A stretch of DNA of 32,344 nucleotides, counting the filler, from Vicugna vicugna (taxonomy: Eukaryota): the NCBI GenBank assembly GCA_013265495.1. It is 2 parts of 2 records of this genome, joined end to end, with 100 filler letters (N's around TTAATTAATTAA, not from the genome) between each part and the next. Parts side by side here need not be neighbours in the genome. Positions count along the whole stretch, not along the records: positions 17,310 to 32,344 come from MU058781.1; 1 more part is not named here. One strand, given 5' to 3'. Made by a program: the position numbers and the translations under genes. The notes beneath the pieces were generated by a model. It was not told the DNA's origin and searched no databases. It saw nothing but the letters and a program-made list of their open reading frames with translations. Every line of letters begins with the position of its first letter. Position 1 is the first letter of the stretch. Of this stretch, positions 20,607-32,344 are shown one piece after another.

Positions 20607-22861
20607 CTTTTTTTTTAACTGAGTATAGAACTCTTGGGTTATAGGCTTTTCCTGTCAAAACTCTATGTATGATGCACCATTATCTTCTGTGACTGGGGAG
20701 TCTGATTTTTATTCCTCTTTGGGTAAGTTTTCTTTCTTTCTTTTTCCTTCTGAATTCCTATAGGGAATATAAAGTATTTTTGAAGACATAGGAATTTGAG
20801 ACCTTTAATTAAGGCTCTCATGTGGTTTCTGAGACTCCTGAGATCATACTGTGTATCTGGTAGCTAATCTTTTTGACTTATGGTAAACTTTGCTGCCCCT
20901 GCCCTTTCTGTATGAATCTGAACTTTTTGAGGGTGTCCATTGTGTATTTGTAGCACTGAATCTGTAATCCACAGAACAGTGAGGGGGAGTTGAAGAAATG
21001 CTGGCTAAAAGATCAAATGAACAAATAGGGGCTAAACATTAGGGTTGGCCACACATTTTTCAAAATCTCATGCACAGTGTAGCTAAGTCAATGCACAGTA
21101 GTTATTAAACAATATGAAGATAAAGATAAACCCCAATGATTGTTCTCTGACATAAAGAACACATTCAAGAATGAAGGAATGGACATTGGTTTCAGGGAAA
21201 GGGGAGATTAAAATAGGTCTCGATTCCCGGTAGGGAAAATAGGATGCAGAAAAAAATTTAATTAAGAATTGTAGGCTAATAGGCTTTTACTTATTCAGAA
21301 GCAGAGTGAAACTCATGTTTCATTTTGTTACCCTTGCTGAGAGGCCCAGAGCATGAGAAGATAATTTTTCCCACTTTCCAGTAAGTGACAATAAGTTGTG
21401 CCCCGCTATTTAGAAGAGCAACATCCCAGCACTTGATGGAGCCAAGAGGCCAGTGAGAGCTGTGGGATTCGGTCCAGACAGACTGCCCCAAGAGAGGGGA
21501 TGGAGGGTGACTGACATGAGGCCATCAGCACGTTGGGGAGGGAATAAAATGCCCTTTGAGGTAAGGGCAGGAACCCTGAGTCAGAGACCTCATGTCCAGT
21601 CACAAACCTTCTTTAAAACCAATTCATAGCTGAACTTTGCCATGGAGCTCAGCTCTGAGGTCCTCATCCTCTGGAGAGCGAAGAGCTCAGTGTCCTTCAC
21701 TTCATCGCCAATCTCTCCCTGCTCTTTGATGATTGGACAAATAATTCACATATGTCAAGCAGTGCTGTCGGTGCTGTGAATAAGATTTTTCTTGGCTGTG
21801 TGTCCTTTAGCACAAACCCATTGTCTTTAGGGCAATAAAAGTAAATAATCCTTAAATGATCAGATCCTAGCTGTTAACCTCAGTCTGACTTCAGGCGATT
21901 CTAACCTCCTTCCCAACTGCCTTATGTTACTTCATCTGCTTACAACTTTTTCAGTCATGTAAATCTCCCACGGCATCTGATTTCCCACAAGAGGCTATTC
22001 TTTAAGAATTAAGCAACAGCAATAACATAAGTGAAGCTCCCAGTTTTCTAGAATTCCACCCTGGAGTCATTTTCTTAACCTGAACTTGAGCTCAGCATCT
22101 TGGATGCAAACTCTTAAGACAGTGATTGCTACCCCGAGTCTCTCTCTCAAGATTAAAAAGGTTGAATGACTTCAAGGGCCCAAAGGGAAAGCTCTCTCAT
22201 TCCTAGAGCTGTATCACTGCTCTGCATGATGAAGTATGATGAGGTCAAGTGCTTGAGCAGCACCATTGCCAGTTAGTGAATTTGACTATGGGAACACCAC
22301 ACTTGTGGTTTTCAACAGGCGTACACATGTATGTAGGCCAATTTATGGGCATATAATAAATACTGATAGCTATGAGTTACAGATGATGGAAATGAACTAT
22401 ACAATTAGGGAATCTGGATTGGACCTAGCATGGCATCTTATATCTTGCGCCTAGAGATTTGCCTTGATTGGAACCAAAGTCTTGGCATTTTAAACCATAT
22501 ATTGAAACTCTCTGGCTGTTTTCTTGAATTAAGAGATTTGGTTCTTACTGTTGGAGAGGACAACAAGGAAGGCACTGGTGTCTGCCAGCTTGAAGATGTT
22601 GGGCAGTATTTAGGAGAACATATTGTTAAATAGTGCTATAGGGCAGAGAGGCTATTTCTGACTCATAGGTCTATATCTGGTTTGTGTGGAACATCATTTA
22701 AAGTGTGATGTTTTACCATGCAATTCTAGGTCATGGAGGACCCCTTGTTCTATGCCTACTATCTTGAGGGGCATGACCTAGCTGTTTATGACACCATGAA
22801 TATGCATCAAGGGAGGTCAAGCAGATGGCTCTGACATTAAGAGATAAAAGTCATCTTTGAT

Positions 22862-23012
22862 AGGGAGGAGGGTATAGCTCAAGTTGCAGAGCACATGCTT
22901 AGCATACATGAGTTCAATCCCCAGTAACTCCTCTAAAGATAAATAAAGTAAGTAAACCTAGTTATCCCCTCCAATTTTTTTTTAATTAAAAAAAGGAAAA
23001 TGTTAAAAAAAT
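22862..23012 (+). mobile_element. tRNA-Ala-derived Vic-1-type SINE with perfect 15-bp TSD
   Basis: ggagggtatagctcaagttgcagagcacatgcttagcat head; TSD AAAGTCATCTTTGAT at 22847-22861 and 23013-23027. Confidence 0.9.
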
Positions 23013-24024
23013 AAAGTCATCTTTGATGGATTTGACTGTAGTTACTATAAGCAGGCACCCTGAAGTAACATAAATACACAGGATAAAATATGTATAGATG
23101 AGTTTTATAATTCCCTTACCTTATTAAGTGGAATAAATAATTTGCTGCCAGTTAGAAGTGGAAGAGAACGCGTGCATTATCCCGTGGCCCCAGACCACTT
23201 TAGCATCTGCTGTTTGTTTTCTTACCATTCTATTCCCCATGATTGATCCTGCTGAGTATGAGATACTTGAGGAACAGAAAGCTGATGAATTGGGGGGAAA
23301 TGTCATATGGCTTTTTAGTCTAAGAATCATTGTATATGGGAATTTCAAGGTTGGGAATGTGGACGATTCTAGTCAGTTTAATTCTTGAAACCAGGACTTG
23401 AATAGAGATTGGACAGGCTGAGAGAAAGGAGCTGGGACTGGGGTGGTCCAGAAAAGGTCATCAAGTATTGGGGTGTCACAATTTACCGTGCTGCTTGAAG
23501 ACGAGCCTGGCTAACGGGATATGCTAGGCAGTATCTGATGTCAGGCTGGGCAGGAGGGCTCATATGCCAAGCAAGTTCTGGACGTGCAGGTCAGGTTTGG
23601 AGAACTGAAATACTGTTGGGCACAAGGGGAATATCAAGCAGCCTGGGCTTGGTTCTGTAGCAGAGAACACCCCTGACAAGAGGGGACAATCTGGTGGCAG
23701 AAAGCAAGGACCTCAGGGACCTAAAGACATCTGGGTAGAATCCAGGCATGCGAGGTGCATATTAGGAACCCAGACAACACATGATTGAGGAGCAGAGAGT
23801 CAGAGTCAGACGAAAATACCTGAGTTCCAGGAACAGTGCCCAGGTGTGGATACCCAAGCATGGGGACTGAACTCTATTACATAAAAAATGAGAAGGATCA
23901 CAGCAAGATGATCATAGTACCAAAAACAACAGCATCAATCAACTTGGAACACCAGAGCTAACAACATGTGCTGAGTAACTGCCATAACCTGGGCTAAGTG
24001 CTGGACCCTCCCTTGTTTTCTATC

Positions 24025-24150
24025 CTTATTTAGCAGAGGAGAAAATGGAAGTCTAGAGAGATGAAGTATACGTTCAAGGTGCTGCAGTGTGAAGTGCCAG
24101 AGCTGGGATTTGAACCCAGATTTGTCTCGTTCCCAAACTCACGAGCTTCC
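24025..24150 (-). mobile_element. MIR SINE
   Basis: gagctgggatttgaacccaga (B box, reverse); agaggagaaaatggaag core-like. Confidence 0.65.
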
Positions 24151-24462
24151 CCTTCCTCAGGAAGGCTCCTGGTGAGAGCCCCCTCCCTGCGGTTCTCGGG
24201 GAGCCAGCAGAGATGGCTTAGAGGGAGAGATCAAAAGCAGGTAAGCGCTGCCTCCCAGATTAACATAAATAAATATCAAGCTTGGTTACATAAAAAAGAC
24301 TAACCTAAAAAAACCCTGAAAAGTAATCACTCCCCCATGCTCAGCACTGGTGAAGATCTTTATGGAAATCGACTGCTGTTTTGAGGACATACATAGAGCA
24401 ATTAAAGTGTGAAGTGATCTCACTGGGAATCACAGGATGGGATGGGGACTCTCAACACCACT

Positions 24463-24876
24463 TGCTGTGGGTTGAATTGTGTCTTCTCAAAAGACCTGCT
24501 GAGGTACTAATATCCAATAACCTGTGAATGTGATCTGATTTGGAATAGGGTCATTGCAGATGTAATTAAGATAAGATGAAGTTACATTGAATTAGAATGG
24601 GCCCTAAGTCCAAAGCCTTGGAAACACATAGGAACAGAGGCCATGTGAAGATGGAGGCTGAGACTGGAATTATGCTGCTTTAAACCAAGAAATGCCAGGA
24701 ATTGCTGGCAAACATCAGAAACTGGAAGAGGCAAGGCAGTATCCTTCCCTGGAGCCTTCAGAGGGAAGATGGCACTGCCCAAACCTTGATTTCAGACTCC
24801 GGCTTCCAGAACGTTGAGAGAATAAACTTCTGTTGTTTTAAGCCACCCAAACTGTGGTAATTTGTGACTGCATCCC
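24463..24876 (+). mobile_element. MaLR solo LTR, MLT1C-like
   Basis: tgctgtgggttgaattgtgtc; gtcattgcagatgtaattaagat; gagaataaacttctgttgttttaagccaccc. Confidence 0.85.
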
Positions 24877-24899
24877 TGATGGGCAGAAGTGAATTGATA

Positions 24900-25420
24900 A
24901 AATCTACTTGAAAGCAATTCAACAAATGAATCAATGCTTTAAAAATTCCTATTCTTGGGATTCCTATTTCTACTAAATTATCCTCAAATATTGTTTATAG
25001 GTTGAGATACATAAAAAATTTATTGACAATTAATTGTTGCATGCTGTATAATACTTTTCAAAGGAAACAACCTAATAGCTAATAAGAAGGAATGATTAAG
25101 TAGATTATGGTATATCCATACGATAAAATGTTACACAGCCAGTAAGACATTTTAATGACTTTAAGTAACATGGAAAAATACCTAAGTTATAATGTTAAAT
25201 GAAAAAAAATCAGGAAAGAAAATATTTAATTCAATATGATCATAACTTGCTAAATTATGCACAGGGAAAAACTGGAAGGAAATATATCAAAAGACTAAAA
25301 GTGATTCTCTTTGGGTTTGGGGACTAATGGGTGACCCTTTTCTTTATGTCTTTCGGTATTTAAAAATGATAATGAGCATATATTACTTTGTCTAATGAGA
25401 AAAAAGAGTTTATTTTAAAA
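24900..25420 (+). mobile_element. Ancient L1ME 3' region
   Basis: ggaaacaacctaa; attatggtatatccatac; aaaactggaaggaaatatatcaaaa; gagcatatattactttg. Confidence 0.65.
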
Positions 25421-26823
25421 GTTAGAGGAATTGTTATTAGAGGGTTCAAAAGATGTCAGTTGAAGTCCTGTTCAGAGCCTGGAAATCTGTTATTATTTAT
25501 ACTGATGATGCATAATGGGGTAAATACTTTTTAATGCCAACTATGTTAATAATGCTTAAATTCCCAGAGACTGATAACACCTTCTAGGGCTTACAGTTTG
25601 CAAAACATTCTCATCCAATGTCTATGAACTTATTCGATTCTTTCCATCCCACATGCATTATCTCACTTGATAAGTTAAAACAAGTCTGTAAAGAGTAGGC
25701 ATCGTTACACTTATTCTATGGAGGATGCTGTAGCCTGGGATGCTGGCAGGACCAACAATAGAACAGGATGGGACTGAGAACTATGGAACATGCAGGCTTT
25801 CCTTCACTAGGGACAGGGCAGAACCAGCAGGCCACAGGTGGCCTGAGTGTGACCTGGCACTGCCTCCCACTGCCTTCCACCCAGCAGGCCCTGGCCCCCT
25901 CATCTACAATATAATGCAGATGCATGGACAGTCTTTTCCGGCTCTAAAATCCAATGATCCTAAAACCCTTGAGGTTTTGAGAGATGCAGAATTGTCTTGC
26001 AGTCTTTAAATTTTTGATTCCCCTGATTTCTTCCCAGAGATGAGATAACAGTATACATTCAAAATATGCCCTCTTTCGCGCTCCCTCCACTTCTGCTCCA
26101 AGCAGAAATCCCTGGGCTGTCCTCTCTACCTCTTTCTGAATGACAAATAAGCAGAGCCCCGTGGGCATGGACTTCATACTTTTCCAGCTGACCCCTCTTA
26201 CGCACCTAGGCTGTGGAAACACCAGCACATTCATAGCCAGCAGTTTGTTTATTTATTACACAGTCTCAGTGACAGGCTGCAGGGCCACCATGAAATAGAC
26301 TCGCAGCCTCTCTCCCCGCTCCCTTGGACCTGACAGCTTCTCATCAGACAGGCGCTCTCCCAGTCTGACTGTCTCTTCTCTCCTGCCTCCTGTTTCCCAA
26401 ATAATAAAATCATAAAATTGAAAGACTGGACGACAGCTCCATAAGTCAGCTCATCTTGCTCTCAGGCTGGGGTGAGGATCGCTCCTAAATCACCCCAGCT
26501 TTCTGCCCTTCTTGAAGCTCCCTTCATTTGATAAGCAATTCCACGGCCAGAGGAAACGCATCCGAATATAAAGCAAAGGTTCCACTTTCCGCATCCCATT
26601 TGTGTCTGAGTATAAATTATAAAGGGCACTTTAATTCTGTGTCCCAGTTTCCAGCAGTACAGGGACTCTAATGGATTCATCTGAAATTACATTAGATCCA
26701 GCCCCCATCATTCTTGCTCTGTTTCACAGGCTTGCCAGGAGGAGGCTGATAAATTGAGTCCTGCCTATCAGATCACCCAACTGCCTCAGGGGAAAGCTTC
26801 GAGGGCCTCTCTCAAACCTTGGT

Positions 26824-27650
26824 ATTCATTCATAAACATTTATTAAGTGCTTACTAAGTGCAAGGCGAAATCCAAGGGCCTTTACTTTCCCTCCCTCCTT
26901 CCCTTTCTTCTTTCCTTGGAAAAATATTGTTTGAGCTCCTAGTTAGAGTGTGACAGATGCAGTGGAGATACAATGATGAATTACGGACATTCACTGCCAA
27001 GGAGGAGCTCACAGTAGGTGGGGGCGGGAGACGGGGAGGCAGACATATAAATAAACATGAGCAGCCTGGTGGAGAGGGGCGAACTCCACGCCAGTCACAC
27101 TGACTGGGTATGAATCCCCGCTCTGGCCCTCATCAGTCATGCGATCTTGTGACAGGACATGTCACTTCTCTGAGTTATTTCCTTATGTGTAAGGTAGAGA
27201 TAATTATTCCCTTCTCAAAGGGTGAGCATGAAGATTAAATAATATCATGCATGTAAAGCATGAAGACTGGAAGACATTTAGGAAGCAGGTGATGATACAA
27301 CTTGAGGAGTGACTGCATGTTGGGGGTGTGGGTGGAGGAGCAGGAAGCAGATGGAGGCAACTAGGTAAGGATGACTGCAGGCTCCTCTGTAGGGCAGCAG
27401 GGGCACAGGGGTGCTGTCAGTGGAAACAAACATTGAAGGAGGAAGGACACGTTTTGAGGGAAATGTTGATCTCAGCTCAGAAAAGAGTTGGAGATGCTTC
27501 TAGGATGCCACAACAGAGAAACACTGACAGCAGTGGGAAATCCCATCCTAGGATTCAGGAGAAAGCTGGACACAGGAGATGTGGATTTGGGAGTCATCGT
27601 TCTGCACGTGGTTTAAGTTATGGGAAAACACAAGATCATCAGGGATGAGT
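26824..27650 (-). mobile_element. L2 LINE fragment, interrupted by a MIR
   Basis: attcattcataaacatttattaagtgcttac tail; ggagctcacagt; ggagatgtggatttgggagtcatc. Confidence 0.7.
27060..27265 (+). mobile_element. MIR SINE nested in the L2
   Basis: gggtatgaatccccgctctg; cacttctctgagttatttccttatgtgtaag; aataatatcatgcatgtaaagca. Confidence 0.65.
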
Positions 27651-28284
27651 ACTGTGATGGTGACAGGACAAGAGGGTCAAGGCCAAAACTGATCAAGATG
27701 AGTATAAGAGGTGGTGGCCTGAATCTATAAGACCCACTGAGATGAAGGAAAGTCATGGATAAAGGCAAGTTGAACTATTTCAACCTGGACTTCGTGAGGT
27801 TGAGCCCTTTGTCCTTTGACTTTATTAATTCACCCAAGGGGTGAACTGGTCCAGATCTTAGGGTTTAATTCATTTAACCAAACTCAAAAGAATCTGCTTT
27901 CCAAGCTAGAACGGGGTTCTATTAATTTACAAGGGAAAATGCAAAGAAGCACAAAAGTAATCAGGTACTGATTAAAGGATATAAATTCCAAACTCTTACT
28001 GCTTTGTGAGCTATCTTGGAGACGTTTCTGTTATAAAACTCGTGTTTGCTGTCTCCAACAGCATTCTAAAAGCGTTCTATAGAGTAGTAGCGTGACTGGA
28101 AGCTCCCTAAAATCAGTGCGGTAAAACTGAGTAAATAAGTTAAATAAGCTTGGTAAAACTTAAATCCTTCTCTTGGATGTTCACAAAGTACACTTGGGAG
28201 TTCTCGAGTGCAGCAACCTGTTATCCCTCACCCATCATCCCTAAGTCCTTTGTCCACGGAGCTCGCTCACCTAAGACACCAGCC

Positions 28285-29042
28285 CTCATTTCCGGCCTGG
28301 CCTGGTGTATCTGCCTGATCGATAGCTCCTCTTGATTATGTAACAGACATCTCAAACTTAACAGGTTCAGAAACAGACTCTTGACACCTGCCTCTCCAAG
28401 CCTATTTCTCATCTTCCCCATCTAAGTAAATGGTAACTTCAGTTTCTTGGTCCCCAAATCTCAGAATACTTCATATGCAAAAATCAGCAAATCCTATTTG
28501 CTCCATGAAAACATCCCAGATTCATGCTTCTCACCAATTCCACGTCAACCATCCTAGTCCAAACTGCCACCATCTTCTTCCTGGATTGCTACATTAGCCA
28601 CTTAACTCATTTCTCTGCTTCCACCCTTGCTCCCCATAGTCTACCCTCGATATAGCAGCTTCTAAAAACTCAAGTCAAGTCATGCCAGTCCTCTGCTCAA
28701 AATCTTCCAATGTCTTCCCATCTCAGTCATGGTAAAAGCCAAAGTCCTTACAGTGGCCTATGGGATGCTACCTGATCCGGCCCTCCATTACCTCTCTGAT
28801 CTCATCTCCTGCTACTTAAAAACTCCTTCAGTCACAGTGTTTCAAGTTACACTGATCTCCTGCCTCAGGGCCTTTGTACTTGCCTCTGCCTGAAATGTTC
28901 TTCCTCAGACATCAGCATGGCTCACTCCCTCACTTCTTCAGGGTCTCTGCTCAGATGACCACTCATTAGAGAGTCAACTTCTGACCATCTTATTTAAAAT
29001 ATATCTGCTTTGTGTTTCTCCAGAGCACTTTTCAGTATGTTA

Positions 29043-29078
<36 letters not shown>

Positions 29079-29223
29079 GTATTTCTGTACTGTTGCCCCC
29101 AGTACATAAGCTTCATGAGAAGAGAGGATTTTGATTTATTTGCTGTTGTATCCCCAGTGTTAATAATTTAGGGGAATGTGTGGCATGCAGTACATGTTTT
29201 GTTGAAGAACTAAATAAATGAAT
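28285..29223 (+). mobile_element. L2 LINE 3' about 0.9 kb
   Basis: gacatctcaaacttaaca; cctctgctcaaaatcttccaatg; cctgcctcagggcctttgtac; tgctgttgtatccccagtg; taaataaatgaat tail. Confidence 0.85.
29044..29076. repeat. (TG)16 microsatellite within the L2
   Basis: Perfect TG run. Confidence 0.95.
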
Positions 29224-29540
29224 AACTCCCATTCTTAAATCTACAGGACACACCATGGGAAACTGGTGTAGACTTTTGGTATCTGCTTCTGGGATGTGAT
29301 ACAGAGTTGGAAATGGCCTTGAGAAAATGGCAGCTCTAAACACAGATTTGCAGACACAGATTTGAGTCTCTTCCATTTAAAATATGCTACACTGGGAGAA
29401 ATTAAAATTGGGGGAGGGGGTGTGAAATAAGGAGTCAAAAAGGACCAGAGTCAGTTGACCTAGAAGTTAACCAACACTTAGGTTTGGTTTTGGGTGAATC
29501 TCTGCGTGGATCTCAAGTAGAAACCAAAACTTTGCTCTAT

Positions 29541-29668
29541 ACTTGTTTGCTTATTGTCTGTTCCCCCAGCTAGAAAGATAGTCCCATGAGGGATGGGACT
29601 TTGTCTTGTTCACTGCCTTCCAGTACCTAAAAAGTGCCTGATGTATAGTAGGTGCTGATTAAATGGTG
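29541..29668 (+). mobile_element. L2 3' end
   Basis: ccatgagggatgggactttgtcttgttcactg...gtagtaggtgct-like tail (tatagtaggtgct). Confidence 0.75.
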
Positions 29669-29778
29669 ATCACTTTCTGGGTCCTCTTGCTATGCTGCCT
29701 AATGAAGACTCACTCTTTGCTTCATGCCTTACTCATGTGATACCTTTTACTTATGACTCTCAATATGTACATTTAAAC

Positions 29779-29895
29779 ACATTCATTCAGTAGCCAGTTA
29801 GTACATATTGAGTACCTACTATGTGATGGGAACAAAGATACAGGAATACGTGAAGTTACTATTCGGTCCCATAATGAGCCACTTAGTCTCCAGGG
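29779..29895 (-). mobile_element. L2 3' end
   Basis: cattcattca...tattgagtacctactatgtg. Confidence 0.6.
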
Positions 29896-31157
29896 GTAGC
29901 TTGTATTTAAAACTGGGAAATGCCTATATAAATTTTTTTTCTGTAGAACGTAAAAAATAGGTCAAAATTCTGTCCTATGCAATGCTTTCTTGACTCTTGT
30001 AAAAGAGAGCAAAAGAATCTACCAAGTAAGTGGAAGAAATGGAAAAAAAAAAAGAGAGAGAGAGTATTGACTTAAGTAAAAGGGTGCATACCTACTAAAA
30101 GAATTACAAAACAAGCCAAGAAATTCATACTCATCACATGGAGATACTGGTTCTGCCTGCCCACCCTGCACCCCTCCACTCCCCTCCTTTCCCCGCCCCA
30201 TGGTGATTTGAAAGCCCATTAACCTCATTTGAATTGAGATGTAAGATCATCACCTCAAACTCTAATCTTAATAATCGCACAGGTACCACAGCTTCCCTGC
30301 TGCTGCTCAAAGTTCTAAATCATCTCTAATACACTTTTACTTTCAATTTGGTATTTTGTTCATGATGTGCTCTGATCTTCCAGTTGTACTACACCCCTAG
30401 GAAAAAGGGAAATTATTTTTTTATGAGAAAGCTAATTTTCAAAGATTAGAGTTAAGAGGAAAATCATATAAACTGTTCTTCCTGAACACACGCCTATACC
30501 CTTGAGAGAACCTTAGCTCACTGTGTACTCATGAAAAGAACACAATATCCTGAGTGAGTCAAACCTGGAGATGCCAACGGTGATACATGGGCTTTTTAAA
30601 GAACAGAAAACTGAGCCAATGTTTTACTCTTGTCAATAAAGCGTTGGAGATGATCAGCACTGCAAGTGTTACAGGAGGGGTGGTGGAGTCATAAAATGTC
30701 TTCATTAAGCTTGCTTACTGGAATTGGGGTGGTTGCAGGTGGGGATGCAAAGTCCCCCGCTGGTAATAATGTCAAGTGTATTGGTATTCATGTCTCTCCA
30801 GCACCATCAGTGTTGACACACAAGAGTATAAAGGCAAACACTTTTTAAAAAGCAGTTTCTCTTCTTGTTTATCCAAGGCACTCACAGCACATTTTTGCTG
30901 ATTAGAAGCAGGATGACTTAATATGACTTCAGTGTTCTGAGAAACTCTTCCTTCTACCCTTGACTGCCACTGTTTTAGTATAGGTTTTTGTTAGAAAAAA
31001 TGCCAAGAGTAGGGACTTTTCTACCTTTCCTATATCAAAGCTGAAAATAATGGTTTAAAATAAAACAAGACCTATATATGACTATTTTTAGAGTAGTTGT
31101 AGATTTACAACAAAATTGAGAGGAAGGAAATCTATATTTATTAATAATAGTAGCACT

Positions 31158-31619
31158 TGCATTAGGTTCCCGTGGCTACTCTAACAAAGTACCACAAATT
31201 TGATGATATAAAACAACAGAAATATATTCTCTCACTTCTAGTTTGCAGGCTAGAAGTTCCAAATCCAGTAGGGCTGTGCTTCCTTTGGAAACTCTAGGGG
31301 AAAATCCATTCTTTGCCTCTTCCAGTTTCTGGTGACTGTCAGCGTTCCATGACTTGTGGCCACAACACTCCAGTCTCTGCCTCCATGGTCACATCACCTT
31401 CTTCTCTTCTGTCTGTGTTATCTTCTTAAGCCTCATCCTTATAAGGACACTTATCACTGTATCAAGGGTCTACATGGATAATCCAGGAAGATCTCATCAT
31501 AAGATCCTTAATTTCATTGCACCTGCAAAGACTTTTCCCTCAAATAAGGTCACATTCAAAGACGCTTGGGATAAAGGCAAATACATATCTTAGTGGAGGG
31601 CTACCATTCAACCTACTAT
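31158..31619 (-). mobile_element. MaLR solo LTR, MLT1C/D-like
   Basis: tgcattagg...gtaccacaaa; aaacaacagaaatatattctctcac; aaataaggtcacattc; flanks GCACT/GCATT (diverged TSD). Confidence 0.85.
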
Positions 31620-31947
31620 GCATTAAATATTTATTGTTCTTTGTGTATTCCTTAAGTCAATCTTGCTAGCAGTTACAAAGATTTTTAAATTAGCATTCTG
31701 TCCTGAACTTTCATGTATCATAACTCCTTTGGGGACAGCTGCCAAAGACCAGACTAGATTAAAATTCTGAAAAGGAGAATGGTTTATAGAGGGAATTAGA
31801 GAGTCATAATCAATAGTTAGATCAGAGAAAGGAAATTAACATTGGTTAAATATCTTCTGCCATTAGCTTTGAAATGTGGTCTCATTCAGTTCTCATTACA
31901 GACCTATGTTGTACCTATTTTAAACCATGCTTCTAAAAATGGGGAAA

Positions 31948-32344
31948 TAATACCAAAACTAGGCAAAGACANNNNNNNNNNNNNNNNNNNNNNNNNNNNN
32001 NNNNNNNNNNNNNNNNNNNNNNNNNNNNNNNNNNNNNNNNNNNNNNNNNNNNNNNNNNNNNNNNNNNNNNNNNNNNNNNNNNNNNNNNNNNNNNNNNNNN
32101 NNNNNNNNNCACAAGGGTGGNNNNNNNNNNNNNNNNNNNNNNNNNNNNNNNNNNNNNNNNNNNNNNNNNNNNNNNNNNNNNNNNNNNNNNNNNNNNNNNN
32201 NNNNNNNNNNNNNNNNNNNNNNNNNNNNNNNNNNNNNNNNNNNNNNNNNNNNNNNNNNGTATAGAAGGAACTTATCTCAACATAATAAAAGCTATATATG
32301 ACAAACCTACAGCCAGCATAGTACTCAATGGCGAAAAACTCAAA
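31948..32344 (+). mobile_element. L1 ORF2 reverse-transcriptase fragment, mostly hidden in N gaps; runs off the window
   Basis: IPKLGKD (to 31970), QGW island (32112-32120) and IEGTYLNIIKAIYDKPTASIVLNGEKLK (32261-32344) are collinear with L1 ORF2. Confidence 0.9.

Noticed and set aside
22225-22370. C/D box snoRNA (ATGATGA ... CTGA)
   Set aside because: No terminal stem or convincing guide; such motifs are frequent by chance
18137-23012. tRNA-Ala genes at about 18.2, 20.2 and 22.9 kb
   Set aside because: All carry the SINE 3' extension and A-rich tail, two with flanking direct repeats, and damaged arms; they are SINEs
30713-30791. Small minus-strand exon (ATG at 30791, donor CCA|GTAAGC)
   Set aside because: Peptide MNTNTLDIITSGGLCIPTCNHPNS is unrecognisable and there is no supporting exon context
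1-32344. CRISPR array, phage or other novel multi-gene system
   Set aside because: No repeat-spacer arrays or operon-like ORF sets; the content is explained by one eukaryotic exon, ordinary transposon relics and assembly features

Overview
Mammalian genomic DNA, most likely camelid (three tRNA-Ala-derived SINEs of the camelid Vic-1 type), from a gapped draft assembly. The only protein-coding sequence I can support is the terminal exon of ARHGAP25 (Rac GAP; C-terminal coiled coil) on the minus strand: CDS 14350->14143, with the 3' UTR running to AATAAA signals near 13.5 kb. The rest is intergenic or intronic DNA rich in eutherian repeats (MIR, L2, L1, MLT1, MER21, MER5A, MER33, MER53), plus a young-looking 650-bp solo ERV1-type LTR with a perfect 4-bp TSD. 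Several features are assembly-related: a 1776-bp near-identical duplicate across an N gap, and a 44N-TTAATTAATTAA-44N spacer beyond which the expected upstream ARHGAP25 exons are not seen. I find no support for a new biological system. The best leads are modest: the probable misjoin, the solo LTR next to a GC-rich element, a stop-free in-frame stretch upstream of the last exon, and a miR-1302-like MER53 hairpin. Repeat family names come from recalled consensus sequences and boundaries are approximate; no search was run.
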